From the NCBI GenBank assembly GCA_036351255.1, contig JAZBOS010000115.1, positions 3,374-67,373 on the forward strand: a DNA stretch of 64,000 nt. The letters run 5' to 3'. The DNA comes from Bacteroides sp. Lineage in GTDB: Bacteria; Bacteroidota; Bacteroidia; Bacteroidales; UBA7960. A model generated the notes under the pieces. It did no database searches, was not told the origin of the DNA, and saw nothing but the letters and a program-made list of their open reading frames with translations. The translations under genes were made by a program, and so were the position numbers. Below, in pieces: positions 37,454 to 46,755 of this stretch (positions within the stretch are counted from its first letter, which is position 1; every line of letters starts with the position of its first letter).

Positions 37454-37562
37454 AAGTTCAAACGTATCTGACACGTAGTTCAGACGTAGTTCAGACGTGT
37501 AAAACCGTTTATACTACGTCTTAACTACGTCTGAACTACGTCTGAACTACGTTTAAACTCCG
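37454..37562. repeat. Intergenic 11-bp-phased palindromic element, copy D
   Basis: 26-bp inverted arms at 37473-37498 and 37527-37552, each made of two tandem 11-mers (acgtagttcag). There are ten CpGs, with the G at 37464, 37475, 37486, 37497, 37507, 37518, 37529, 37540, 37551 and 37562. Confidence 0.85.
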
Positions 37563-37658
37563 AATAAGAAATGGACCAGACAGGGTTGTGCCTGGACCTT
37601 ACGAGCAGTTTATTTTCTTTCGGAGATCGCCTGGATATTAAGCTCCTGGGGATTAATC

Positions 37659-38588
37659 CTAGCTGCTAAAGGAAGAGAAGGAGAACTTATCCTTTAGGTG
37701 AATCAATTCTTCTTTCATGATGACAGGGGGGAGGGACAGCAGCTTTTGAATGCGAAGGTCGGGCGCTAACTTGATTTCACGCATTACCAGGTGCTGGTTG
37801 ACAAAGATCATATCCAGGGAAGGATAGATTTCTTTAATGAGCCCTGCAATGGATTCAATGGAGACATTGTGCTCGCTGAGGTTGTAAGTTCCGGAAGGCA
37901 GATCCTCGCGGAGCAGGTTGGCAAGTACGTTCACCACTTTGTCGACGTGGATGAAAGCCCTCTGCTGTTTTCCGTTGCCGGTGATCTGGATGCGTCCGAT
38001 AAAATTGGCTTCAAACATAAAACGGTTGATGACTGCATCCACCCGGATGCTGGGACTGTAGCCATAAACGTTTCCGCAACGGATGACCCAGGTATTCATC
38101 TTGTCAAAGAGGCGCTCCACGTGGGCCTCGCCCCGCAATTTGCTGTTGCCGTAAAAAGTCCGGGGGTCGGGCGGGGTATCGATGGTGATCATTTCGTCGG
38201 AAGCACCGTATACAGAGGTGGTGCTTAGATAAACAAAGCGCTTCACCTGGCTTTCTTCGACGGCATAGACCAGTTCGGCCGTGCCCCAGTGGTTGATCTG
38301 CTCGAAAAGGTGTGAATGCTCTGAGGCAAGGGGGGTGGAAACCTTGGCGGCGAGGTGATAGACCACATCAATATCCTCGAGCACTTTTCGCAGATTGCGC
38401 GAATCGAGCAATTCGCCCATGATGAACTTGATCTTGTGCGGCTCGTAGCGGTGGTCGAGAAAGAGGTTGTGGTTGCGCCTGCTCAGGTTGTCGTAAACTA
38501 CGATCTTTTCGACTGCGGGATCTTTCAGCAGTTCAAAAATCAGTTCATTGCCAATATAACCAGCTCCTCCGGTGATCAGGATCTTCAT
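37659..38588 (-). CDS. NAD-dependent epimerase/dehydratase (extended SDR) family protein
   Basis: Rossmann motif MKILITGGAGYIGNEL and the catalytic YGNSK motif. Confidence 0.85.
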   Translation of the reverse strand: MKILITGGAGYIGNELIFELLKDPAVEKIVVYDNLSRRNHNLFLDHRYEPHKIKFIMGELLDSRNLRKVLEDIDVVYHLAAKVSTPLASEHSHLFEQINHWGTAELVYAVEESQVKRFVYLSTTSVYGASDEMITIDTPPDPRTFYGNSKLRGEAHVERLFDKMNTWVIRCGNVYGYSPSIRVDAVINRFMFEANFIGRIQITGNGKQQRAFIHVDKVVNVLANLLREDLPSGTYNLSEHNVSIESIAGLIKEIYPSLDMIFVNQHLVMREIKLAPDLRIQKLLSLPPVIMKEELIHLKDKFSFSSFSS

Positions 38589-38626
38589 CTCAGGTCAATT
38601 TAATTATCTTTCTTTTCCTGCTGATT

Positions 38627-39286
38627 TCAGGCTTTTTTTTCAATCAGTTCGGCATTGAGGCCACACTCGGTTTTCTTTTGTCCGAACCACCTGCCCCCGC
38701 GCCCATCTCCTTTTTCAGCGGGGCGAGTGCAAGGCTCGCATCCAATGCTGGTGTAGCCCTTCTCTTCCAGGGGGTGACGGGGCAGGCCAAAACGTTCAAT
38801 GTATTCTTCCACCATATCCCTTGTCCAGTGCAACACCGGATGATAACGGAGGGTGTTTTTCTGTACCATAAGTTCTTCCTGCATTTGCTGGCGGTGGCTG
38901 TTCTGATCGGCACGCACCCCGTTAATCCAGACATCATAAAGCTCCAGCAGGCCCTCCACAGGCTGCACCTTGTTGAGATAGCAGCAATAGTCGGGATCGG
39001 AAGTAAAAAGAAGGGTCCCTTCCCGGTTGCGCTGCATGATCTTGGGCACCAGTGGAAAAAGATCTATCACGCGCAGCCCGAAAGCGGCCGCCACCTCCTC
39101 CTTGTATAAAATGGTTTCGGGAAAATGGTAACCAGTATTGATAAAATATACCGGTATGCTGCGGTCAATGCGGCTTAGGATGTGCAGCAGCACCACGCTG
39201 TGGGTCTGGAAGCTGGAGGTGGAAAACAAGCGTTTGCCAAGCTCAAGGTAGTGTTCAATCTTATATTGAATGGAGGAAATATCCAT
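38627..39286 (-). CDS. cysH: Phosphoadenylyl-sulfate / adenylyl-sulfate reductase (CysH family, Fe-S type)
   Basis: PAPS-reductase fold, a C-terminal KTECGLN motif, and the Cys pairs YCCYLN and GCEPCT, which are typical of the [4Fe-4S]-containing subgroup. Confidence 0.85.
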   Translation of the reverse strand: MDISSIQYKIEHYLELGKRLFSTSSFQTHSVVLLHILSRIDRSIPVYFINTGYHFPETILYKEEVAAAFGLRVIDLFPLVPKIMQRNREGTLLFTSDPDYCCYLNKVQPVEGLLELYDVWINGVRADQNSHRQQMQEELMVQKNTLRYHPVLHWTRDMVEEYIERFGLPRHPLEEKGYTSIGCEPCTRPAEKGDGRGGRWFGQKKTECGLNAELIEKKA

Positions 39287-39497
39287 TATTAAGCCAGCTT
39301 GTTGCAGAACAAATGTAACAATAATTTTCAGGCTGTTTCCAGGGGAAAAAGCCCTTCCTTTATTTCAGGTTAACAGCAACGGGGATAAATCGCAGGCACA
39401 GTTATTGCAAAGAGCAGGGAAATCAATACCTTTATTGATCAAAGATCCAGCATCCCTTTATGAGGGTTTGAAGGGGGTGCCCGTAAGAAATTGCTGA

Positions 39498-41858
39498 ATG
39501 AAACGATTCTCCCACAACGTATGCTTATTTTGTTTACTGATCATGATGTTTCTGGTCGCAGGCCTGAAATTATCTGCACAGGAGAATCCTCCCCTCAGGA
39601 GTTCTAATGGTAATATGATAAACCCCCACGGGCAATACCGGGTCCTGAATCTTTTTATCAACATCATTTATGATGAGACCCCGCATATCGACCCCATCCA
39701 AAAGCCGAATGACATCTGGCCGGAAGCCATCCAGGAAGGCATCAACACCGATGCACCTGCCTACCTGGAGCAGTTTATGGACACGGAGTTCTATGCTTCG
39801 GGCGGCTACGGGGTCATGACCCGGCTGTATCGCGAGTCCTCCTTCGATCGGTTGGTTTTGCTGGGTGATTTTATGGTGGTCAACATCAGGCAATCGGAAA
39901 TCCCAAAAAGCAATGACCGTTATTTCGGAAAGGAGCTGGGTCAGTTTTCACTGACCTTGCTGGTCAGGGCTGCCATCAGCCTCATCAATGAAAATGGGGG
40001 GCTGAAAACCATTTACGGCCACAACGATATGGCAGAATACGACACCTTTACCCCATCAGGCATGGGTAAGCCCAAGGCAATGGAACCCAACGGGAAGTTT
40101 GACTTCATCCAGATCATGACAAGGAATACGACCTATGTTGACACCACTTTTGTAAGGGATGGCAAAACGCTAACCCACAGGCTTCAATACGGGCAGCTGA
40201 GGTACGGGCAGGGCTGGGGAAACTATAAACCAGCCGATGAACTCAGAGCAGGAAATACCTTTTACGGCTACGACCTTGGAACCATCCAGTGTGTCGGCGA
40301 TGTAAACTTTACGGACAACCCCACCAATATTATTCAGCACGAATTTTCGCACAACCTGTTTGGCGGCAACAACTTTCACGCCTCCGGGGGTAATCATTAC
40401 ACGGGCGGAGGCACCAACACCTTTTTCGGCACGGAAGGAGGCTATGGCCTGATGGGCAGCTACCATTCCGGGCTGGTGTCGTGCAATGGCTATGAACGCT
40501 GGCGCATGCAATGGACCAGCCAGGACTACAACCCCCGGGGATATCTCATCCAGGCTGGAGGGGAACCGGCGGATATCCGAAAGGAAGATGGTCCGAAGCG
40601 CTTTTTTCTGAGGGATTTTGTCACCACCGGGGATGCCATCCGGGTTTTGCTCCCCTATAAGGATGAAGGGGCATCTAACCAATACCTATGGCTCGAAAAC
40701 CACCAGGTGGGGCTGAACAATAAGCTGGACTATCTGCAATATTCGCTGGATTTTTTCGGGGATACCCTGAACCCCTGCCGCCACACAGGAACACCGGGCA
40801 TTTATGCTTACATTCAAGTAGGCAAGGATATTCTGGAAGGCACTTCCTCAGAGGTGTTTCCCTTTAACGAAACCGATAACCTTCGGGTTTTCAGCGCCGA
40901 GGGAAACTGGGACTTCGAACTGATGGAGGGGGAATATTCCTGCGTGGCCTACGATCACAACAGGCGAACGGAACTCCGGCTTAAGCCCAATCCCCTTTCA
41001 GGTTATCAGGATCAAACAACGCACTTTTTCCCGCCCGATGGACAGGATGTGATCCGCAGGGTGGACGGCGATGGCATCGCCATCAAATATTTCTCCCGGC
41101 GCGTAGGGGACAAGGACGTGTCTTATTCCTATTACGGGGATGACCTGGATGCCTTTACAGGAAAAACTGTACTCAACCTGGGCAGCAATCCCCCAGCGGC
41201 CAATGTGACGACTTTTTATGTAAACCAGCGCCATGAGGGGAATAACAATCACACCATCTCCAGCCAAAACATCAATACCTCGCACATTTATCTCAGCGGT
41301 TTAAGGGTCGAAATGGAAGCGCTCAGCCAGGGCAACTTCAGGGTGGAAATAAGCTGGGACGATTACGAGGTGGCAGACGATGTCCGCTGGACCGGAAACA
41401 TTGTTGTGAAAGAAAAAGTCACTGTAAAGGAAAACCGCATCATTGAACTAAACCAAAGCCTGACCCCAAATCAGATCACCCGTGACACCGTTTCGGGTTT
41501 ATTTGCAAAACCAACGGTACTGACCCTGGAGGGAAGTTCAGCCTTCATCCTGAAGGAGCGGTCAAAAGTACGACTAAGCCAGGGCTCTTCACTGGTGCTG
41601 AAACCAGGCAGCCTGCTTTCGATCGGCGACGGGGCCACATTGATCGTTGGCACAGGCGACACCCTCAGAATATCATCACAGGCCAGGGTTCAAATCCCCG
41701 GCAACGGAAGGATACGGGTTAACAGGGGTGGTGTGGTCTGCCTGGAAGAAGGGGCGGAATTGCTGTTGGGAAAAGGCCGGCGAAACTTCAGGCTCCACCG
41801 GAAGTCGGTCATTCCTGCTGGCTTTGTTGACCCGAAGGAACTCCCGGCTTACCGGTAA
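39498..41858 (+). CDS. Secreted protein with an HExxH motif (putative zinc metalloprotease), 786 aa
   Basis: Signal peptide ending SAQ. One HEFSHNLFGGNNFH motif. The C-terminal third looks beta-helix-like. I did not recognise a family. Confidence 0.5.
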   Translation: MKRFSHNVCLFCLLIMMFLVAGLKLSAQENPPLRSSNGNMINPHGQYRVLNLFINIIYDETPHIDPIQKPNDIWPEAIQEGINTDAPAYLEQFMDTEFYASGGYGVMTRLYRESSFDRLVLLGDFMVVNIRQSEIPKSNDRYFGKELGQFSLTLLVRAAISLINENGGLKTIYGHNDMAEYDTFTPSGMGKPKAMEPNGKFDFIQIMTRNTTYVDTTFVRDGKTLTHRLQYGQLRYGQGWGNYKPADELRAGNTFYGYDLGTIQCVGDVNFTDNPTNIIQHEFSHNLFGGNNFHASGGNHYTGGGTNTFFGTEGGYGLMGSYHSGLVSCNGYERWRMQWTSQDYNPRGYLIQAGGEPADIRKEDGPKRFFLRDFVTTGDAIRVLLPYKDEGASNQYLWLENHQVGLNNKLDYLQYSLDFFGDTLNPCRHTGTPGIYAYIQVGKDILEGTSSEVFPFNETDNLRVFSAEGNWDFELMEGEYSCVAYDHNRRTELRLKPNPLSGYQDQTTHFFPPDGQDVIRRVDGDGIAIKYFSRRVGDKDVSYSYYGDDLDAFTGKTVLNLGSNPPAANVTTFYVNQRHEGNNNHTISSQNINTSHIYLSGLRVEMEALSQGNFRVEISWDDYEVADDVRWTGNIVVKEKVTVKENRIIELNQSLTPNQITRDTVSGLFAKPTVLTLEGSSAFILKERSKVRLSQGSSLVLKPGSLLSIGDGATLIVGTGDTLRISSQARVQIPGNGRIRVNRGGVVCLEEGAELLLGKGRRNFRLHRKSVIPAGFVDPKELPAYR

Positions 41859-42055
41859 GCGGGAAACAAAACCCGTTCCCCAGTCATTCATCTGGCAGCC
41901 TTCCTGCCTGCTGAAATAAATTATTATCCAGCCTAAATCATTACCCCGGGCATCTTTTGGTGAACTGCAATATCCTAAAAGCTGCTCTCAGCCATGATCT
42001 TAACCCAGGTCTATTATTGAAAACACTGCTGAACCATTTATCCGTCTGAATGTTG

Positions 42056-42063
42056 TAATTTTG
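42056..42063 (+). promoter_or_regulatory. Candidate -7 promoter box (TAATTTTG)
   Basis: TAnnTTTG match 41 nt upstream of the ATG at 42104. Confidence 0.4.
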
Positions 42064-42103
42064 CACAGAAAAGCCCTTGCTGGTAAACCAAAAACCATGT
42101 TCC

Positions 42104-43204
42104 ATGCCGGCCGTTGACGCCATAAAATTCCGTCCCCTGACTTCCTGGATCAAACCGGTGAGCACCCCTTTTCTAATCTCGGGTCCCTGCAGTGCCGAGA
42201 GTCGGCGCCAGGTGATGGAAACGGCTTTGGGCCTTGCTGCCACGGGAATGGTAAGTGTGATGCGGGCAGGGGTGTGGAAGCCCCGAACCCGTCCCCGTTC
42301 TTTTGAAGGCAGGGGTGAAGAGGCCCTACAGTGGCTGGTGGAGGCCCGCGATGCCACGGGACTGCCCATTGCGGTGGAGGTAGCCTCGCCCGCCCACCTG
42401 GAGCTGTGCCTGAAATATGATATTGACATGGTCTGGATTGGTGCCCGCACTAGCGTGAACCCCTTTTCTGTTCAGGAAATCGCAGATGCCCTTTTTGGTA
42501 CTGAGATGCCCGTGCTGGTGAAGAATCCCATCAACCCCGACCTGAAACTCTGGATTGGCGCCATTGAACGCATCTACCATTCTGGCATCGACCGCATCAT
42601 TGCCGTTCACCGGGGTTTTAACACTTACGACGACAGCGTGTTTCGCAACGTGCCCCTCTGGGAAATCCCCATTGAACTCAAACGAACTTTCCCGGGCCTG
42701 CCTATTATCTGCGACCCCAGCCACATCAGCGGAAGCCGGCGCCTGCTGCTTCAGGTGGCCCAAAATGCCATCGACCTGGATTATGATGGGCTGATGATTG
42801 AGTCGCACTGTAATCCGGAAAAAGCCCTTACTGATGCAAGTCAGCAGGTAACTCCCGAGGACCTGTTCGACCTGATCAGCCACCTGGTGGTCAGACGCGC
42901 CGGATGCGTAAAGGGCGAAGCAACACGCCAGCTGGAAGCCTATCGCAGACAAATCGACGAAATTGACCGGAACATTCTCTATTTCCTTTCCAAGCGCATG
43001 GAGATCGTGGAAAAGATCGGGCAATTAAAAAAAAGCAACGACATCACTATCCTGCAGATCCGCCGCTGGAACAATATTTTTCGCGACCGCATGAAGCGCG
43101 GGCAGGACCTTGGGATCGACCCGGCCTTCCTGCGCACCCTGCTCGAAATGGTCCACCAGCAGTCCATCGAGCTTCAAAACCGCATAATGAACGAAAACAG
43201 CTAA
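42104..43204 (+). CDS. Bifunctional 3-deoxy-7-phosphoheptulonate synthase / chorismate mutase type II
   Basis: The N-terminal part is a KDO8P/DAHP-synthase-like TIM barrel (...GPCSAES...RAGVWKPRT...CDPSH). The C-terminal ~90 aa form a CM type II helix bundle (LEAYRRQIDEIDRNILYFLSKRMEIV). Confidence 0.9.
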   Translation: MPAVDAIKFRPLTSWIKPVSTPFLISGPCSAESRRQVMETALGLAATGMVSVMRAGVWKPRTRPRSFEGRGEEALQWLVEARDATGLPIAVEVASPAHLELCLKYDIDMVWIGARTSVNPFSVQEIADALFGTEMPVLVKNPINPDLKLWIGAIERIYHSGIDRIIAVHRGFNTYDDSVFRNVPLWEIPIELKRTFPGLPIICDPSHISGSRRLLLQVAQNAIDLDYDGLMIESHCNPEKALTDASQQVTPEDLFDLISHLVVRRAGCVKGEATRQLEAYRRQIDEIDRNILYFLSKRMEIVEKIGQLKKSNDITILQIRRWNNIFRDRMKRGQDLGIDPAFLRTLLEMVHQQSIELQNRIMNENS

Positions 43205-43214
43205 TTTTGTGCCC

Positions 43215-44270
43215 ATGAGTGAACACGAAAAGAAAGCCCTGACCGATATTTCCAGCTTGGGTGAGTTCAGGCTTATTGACCACCTGACCAAAAACATCCA
43301 ATTAAAGAATCCCGGAACGCTGAAAGGCGTTGGCGATGATGCCGCAGTGCTCGAAACCGGACAGGAGATCATGCTGGTCTCAAAAGACCTGCTGGTGGAA
43401 GGGGTCCACTTCGATATCGTTTACACCCCGCTGAAACATCTGGGATATAAGGCTGTGGCCGTCAACCTTTCCGACATTTATGCTATGAACGGGACGCCGG
43501 CCCAGGTAATCATTGGCCTGGCCGTCTCGAGCCGCTATTCGCTTGAAGCCCTCGAAGAACTCTACGAAGGCATGCTGCTGGCCTGCGAAAAATACGGGGT
43601 GGATATGGTTGGTGGCGACACCACGGCCAGCCCATCAGGGATGGTTCTTTCGGTTACAGTCATAGGGCACGCGCCAAAGGAGAAGGTGGTTTACCGGGGA
43701 GGCTCGGCAGTGAACGACCTGATTTGTGTGAGTGGAAGCCTGGGTGGCGCTTATTGCGGATTGCTGGTTTTGAAACGTGAAAAGGCCGCCTTCAAGGGGA
43801 ATCCCGATGTTCAGCCCGACCTGGGTAGTTATGAACACGTGCTGGAGCGACAGTTAAAGCCTGAGCCCCGACGGGATATTGTGGATATGCTCAGTAAGGC
43901 CGGAGTAATGCCCAGTTCAATGATTGACATCTCTGATGGATTGGCTTCTGAGGTGATGCACCTTTGCAAAAACTCAGGCAATGGTGCTGTCATTTACGAA
44001 GAGCACATCCCCATTGATCAGCGTATGGCTGCCGTGGCGCATGAATTCAATATCGACCCCACCACCTGTGCCCTCAGCGGGGGAGAAGACTACGAACTGC
44101 TGTTTACCGCCCGCCAGGAAGATTATGAAAAGATAAAAGAACTGGAAAGCATTAGAATTATTGGCCATATGGCAGATGCCTCCCAGGGAGCCCACCTCGT
44201 TACCACTTCCGGGCAGTGGATCGAATTGACTGCCCAGGGCTGGGACGGCCTGCGAAAAAGGGAAGATTAA
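43215..44270 (+). CDS. thiL: Thiamine-monophosphate kinase
   Basis: AIR-synthase-like fold: GEFRLIDHL...GVGDDAAV...LVEGVHF...AVNLSDIYAMNG...GGDT. Confidence 0.9.
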   Translation: MSEHEKKALTDISSLGEFRLIDHLTKNIQLKNPGTLKGVGDDAAVLETGQEIMLVSKDLLVEGVHFDIVYTPLKHLGYKAVAVNLSDIYAMNGTPAQVIIGLAVSSRYSLEALEELYEGMLLACEKYGVDMVGGDTTASPSGMVLSVTVIGHAPKEKVVYRGGSAVNDLICVSGSLGGAYCGLLVLKREKAAFKGNPDVQPDLGSYEHVLERQLKPEPRRDIVDMLSKAGVMPSSMIDISDGLASEVMHLCKNSGNGAVIYEEHIPIDQRMAAVAHEFNIDPTTCALSGGEDYELLFTARQEDYEKIKELESIRIIGHMADASQGAHLVTTSGQWIELTAQGWDGLRKRED

Positions 44271-44293
44271 TCTCCCCGAAAAAACAGACAGGC

Positions 44294-44926
44294 ATGCCGA
44301 AAAAAAAATATTATGTAGTATGGGCCGGGCATCAAACCGGCGTTTTCGACAATTGGAACGAATGCCGGAAGGCCGTCCATGGTTTTGAAGGCGCCCGCTA
44401 CAAGTCGTTCGAAACCCTGGAGCAGGCTAAAAAAGCTTACCAGGACAACCCGTTTCAGCATATTGGCAAAAAGGCCGCCCCGTCTCCGCCCGACCCTGAG
44501 AAAATAAAGGCCGTTGGCATGCCCATTGAGAACAGCCTTTCGGTTGATGCCGCCTGCAACATGACCACCGGCGACATGGAATACCGCGGGGTTTATACTG
44601 CCAGCAAGACATTGCTCTTTAAGCAGGGGCCATTCCCCAAAGCATCAAACAACATTGGGGAATTCCTGGCACTGGTGCATGCCCTGGCCTGGTGTCAAAA
44701 GAATAAACTGAAACTACCCATTTATTCCGATTCGAAAACGGCCATGGCCTGGGTAAGAAACAAACACGCCAAAACCAAAGTGGAGGAAAACAGCCAGAAT
44801 GAAGCGCTTTTTGACCTGATCGACCGGGCTGAATACTGGCTGAAAAATAATAACTGGGAAAACCCTATCCTGAAATGGGAAACCGAAGTGTGGGGAGAGA
44901 TTCCGGCAGATTATGGAAGAAAATGA
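44294..44926 (+). CDS. rnhA: Ribonuclease H with an N-terminal hybrid-binding (RNase H1 N-terminal/viroplasmin-like) domain
   Basis: The N-terminal KKYYVVWAGHQTGVFDNWNEC...SFETLEQAKKAY is followed by an RNase H core with acidic residues in SVDAAC, IGEFLAL, IYSDSK and IPADYG. Confidence 0.85.
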   Translation: MPKKKYYVVWAGHQTGVFDNWNECRKAVHGFEGARYKSFETLEQAKKAYQDNPFQHIGKKAAPSPPDPEKIKAVGMPIENSLSVDAACNMTTGDMEYRGVYTASKTLLFKQGPFPKASNNIGEFLALVHALAWCQKNKLKLPIYSDSKTAMAWVRNKHAKTKVEENSQNEALFDLIDRAEYWLKNNNWENPILKWETEVWGEIPADYGRK

Positions 44927-45017
44927 TGGAATCAAGGATCTTACCCCCGGAAACCGGGATTCCAAACCTGATCTGAAACAACCCTTAATCCAAAAATATC
45001 TTACTGTATAAAGCACG

Positions 45018-45044
45018 AAAGGACAACCTGTGAGGCTGTCCTTT
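45018..45044. terminator. Hairpin between the rnhA stop and the tRNA 3' end (weak terminator candidate)
   Basis: The 8-bp stem aaaggaca/tgtccttt has an 11-nt loop and no strong U-run. Confidence 0.35.
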
Positions 45045-45047
45045 GCG

Positions 45048-45120
<73 letters not shown>

Positions 45121-45142
45121 TTTGTCGTTTTTTTTGACGCTG

Positions 45143-45150
45143 CAAATTTA
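45143..45150 (-). promoter_or_regulatory. Candidate -7 promoter box (TAAATTTG on the minus strand) for tRNA-Phe
   Basis: TAnnTTTG match 23 nt upstream of the mature tRNA 5' end. Confidence 0.4.
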
Positions 45151-45451
45151 AGTAAACATTTTTAATTTCAGCAGGTTTTTTTGCAAATGGAGCCCGTAAT
45201 GTAATTTTTCCTACCTTTGTTGCTCATTTTCAACGAACAATGTTAGTTTTGTTCTGAGTTTTTTTCAAGCCACACTTATTTTGAAATACGATCATACGGG
45301 CCATTCCCTCCCCATTATTATACCGTTTCCGGGTGATTTATGGTTTTTTAGCAGTTGTCACCATCATTTTATTTTGACAAAAACCTAAAAAATAGGATAT
45401 TTGCAGTCAATTTTTAACAGCCCCGAAGGGTTAACCAACTTCATAACGATA

Positions 45452-46732
45452 ATGTCTTTTTCCCATACAGGCAGGTCTTACAGGCAAATATTTACCCTGG
45501 TAATCCTGTTATTGCTTCTGTTCCCGGCCAGAGCCCAGACACGTATCACCTCACCCTACTCCCGCTTTGGGGTAGGCGAGCTGATGTTTAATCAGAATTT
45601 CCGCAACATGGGAATGGGGGGCATTGGGGTTGGTTACCGCTCCAATAACTCGGTCAACGACGTCAACCCGGCTTCCTATACCGCAATCGATTCCACCTCT
45701 TTTGTTTTCGAAGCCCTGGCCTTTTCGCACTTTTATGATCAGCGCACCCAGACCGAGAAACAAATGGGGAACTACACCTCCCTGGCCAACCTGGCCTTTT
45801 CTTTTCCCATCAAACGCTGGTGGGGTATCGGTGCAGGGCTTAAGCCATTCAGTGCAGTGGGCTACAAGGTGATGAGCAGCTCGGTGGACGACCAGGTTGG
45901 AACCATCAACTACCTCTATGAGGGCAGTGGTGGCATTAACCAGGTTTTTATCGGCAACTCATTCAGGATCTTCAAGGGGCTTTCTGTGGGGGTGAATACC
46001 TCCTACCTGTTTGGAAGCATGGAGCGCCACACCACTGTTAACTCCGATTCCACCGGATTTTTCCAGACCAACCAAATCAAGGCCAACCAAGTCAATGACT
46101 TTTATTTTGGTTTCGGCGCCCAATACCATCATAAAATTTCCGATACCCGAAACATTACCTTTGGCGCCACCTTTGGCCCCGGTACTTCCATAAGTACCCG
46201 TGAAATGGAAACCGTTCAGCGCCTGCTGCCCGGCTTTACAAGCTACGATACCATCAGCCATTATGAAGGGGTAAAGGGAAGTCTCTATCTCCCCTCCTAC
46301 TGGGGTGCTGGGGTGTTTGCCCGCCTCAACAGCCAATGGGCTGGCGGACTGGACTTCCAATGGCAGAACTGGGAAAAATTTGAGATATTTGATGCCCAGG
46401 AGAACCTGAACAACACTTACAATATTGCATTGGGTGTGAAACACAACCCCAATGTTCAGACTTACTCCAACTTCCTGAGTCGCCTTGAATATCAAGCTGG
46501 ATTACGCTATGGACAAACCTATCTTAACCTTAACGAACAAGCCATAAATGAGTTTGGCATAAGTTTTGGTATAAGTATGCCTATAAGGAGAACACTCAAT
46601 GGCCTGAATGTAAGTTTTGAACTTGGCCAGCGAGGTTCAACCGAAAATAACCTGATTAAGGAGAATCTTTACCGAATAAACATCGGTGTAAACGTTCACG
46701 AAAGGTGGTTTGTAAGGCGGAGATTCTACTAA
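45452..46732 (+). CDS. Putative outer-membrane beta-barrel protein of unknown function
   Basis: Signal peptide ending ARAQ. The N-terminal SPYSRFGVGEL...GMGGIGVG...NPAS resembles the PorV/FadL-like barrel N-terminus. The C-terminus is aromatic (RRRFY). Confidence 0.55.
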   Translation: MSFSHTGRSYRQIFTLVILLLLLFPARAQTRITSPYSRFGVGELMFNQNFRNMGMGGIGVGYRSNNSVNDVNPASYTAIDSTSFVFEALAFSHFYDQRTQTEKQMGNYTSLANLAFSFPIKRWWGIGAGLKPFSAVGYKVMSSSVDDQVGTINYLYEGSGGINQVFIGNSFRIFKGLSVGVNTSYLFGSMERHTTVNSDSTGFFQTNQIKANQVNDFYFGFGAQYHHKISDTRNITFGATFGPGTSISTREMETVQRLLPGFTSYDTISHYEGVKGSLYLPSYWGAGVFARLNSQWAGGLDFQWQNWEKFEIFDAQENLNNTYNIALGVKHNPNVQTYSNFLSRLEYQAGLRYGQTYLNLNEQAINEFGISFGISMPIRRTLNGLNVSFELGQRGSTENNLIKENLYRINIGVNVHERWFVRRRFY

Positions 46733-46755
46733 AAGATAACAAAAACCACAATACA

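Noticed and set aside
38627-39286. PAPS-reductase-fold protein as a DndC-like or phage-defence component
   Set aside because: It has the canonical CysH C-terminal ECGL motif and Fe-S cysteines, is of normal CysH size, and has no neighbouring defence-type genes (no nuclease, ATPase or methyltransferase).
41941-43024. Minus-strand ORFs of 169 aa and 232 aa
   Set aside because: Both overlap the DAHP synthase/chorismate mutase gene on the opposite strand and have no recognisable motifs.
44294-44926. RNase H domain protein as part of a retroelement or defence system
   Set aside because: No reverse transcriptase or other partner is adjacent. The architecture (hybrid-binding domain plus RNase H) matches a common housekeeping form, and the gene sits next to thiL.
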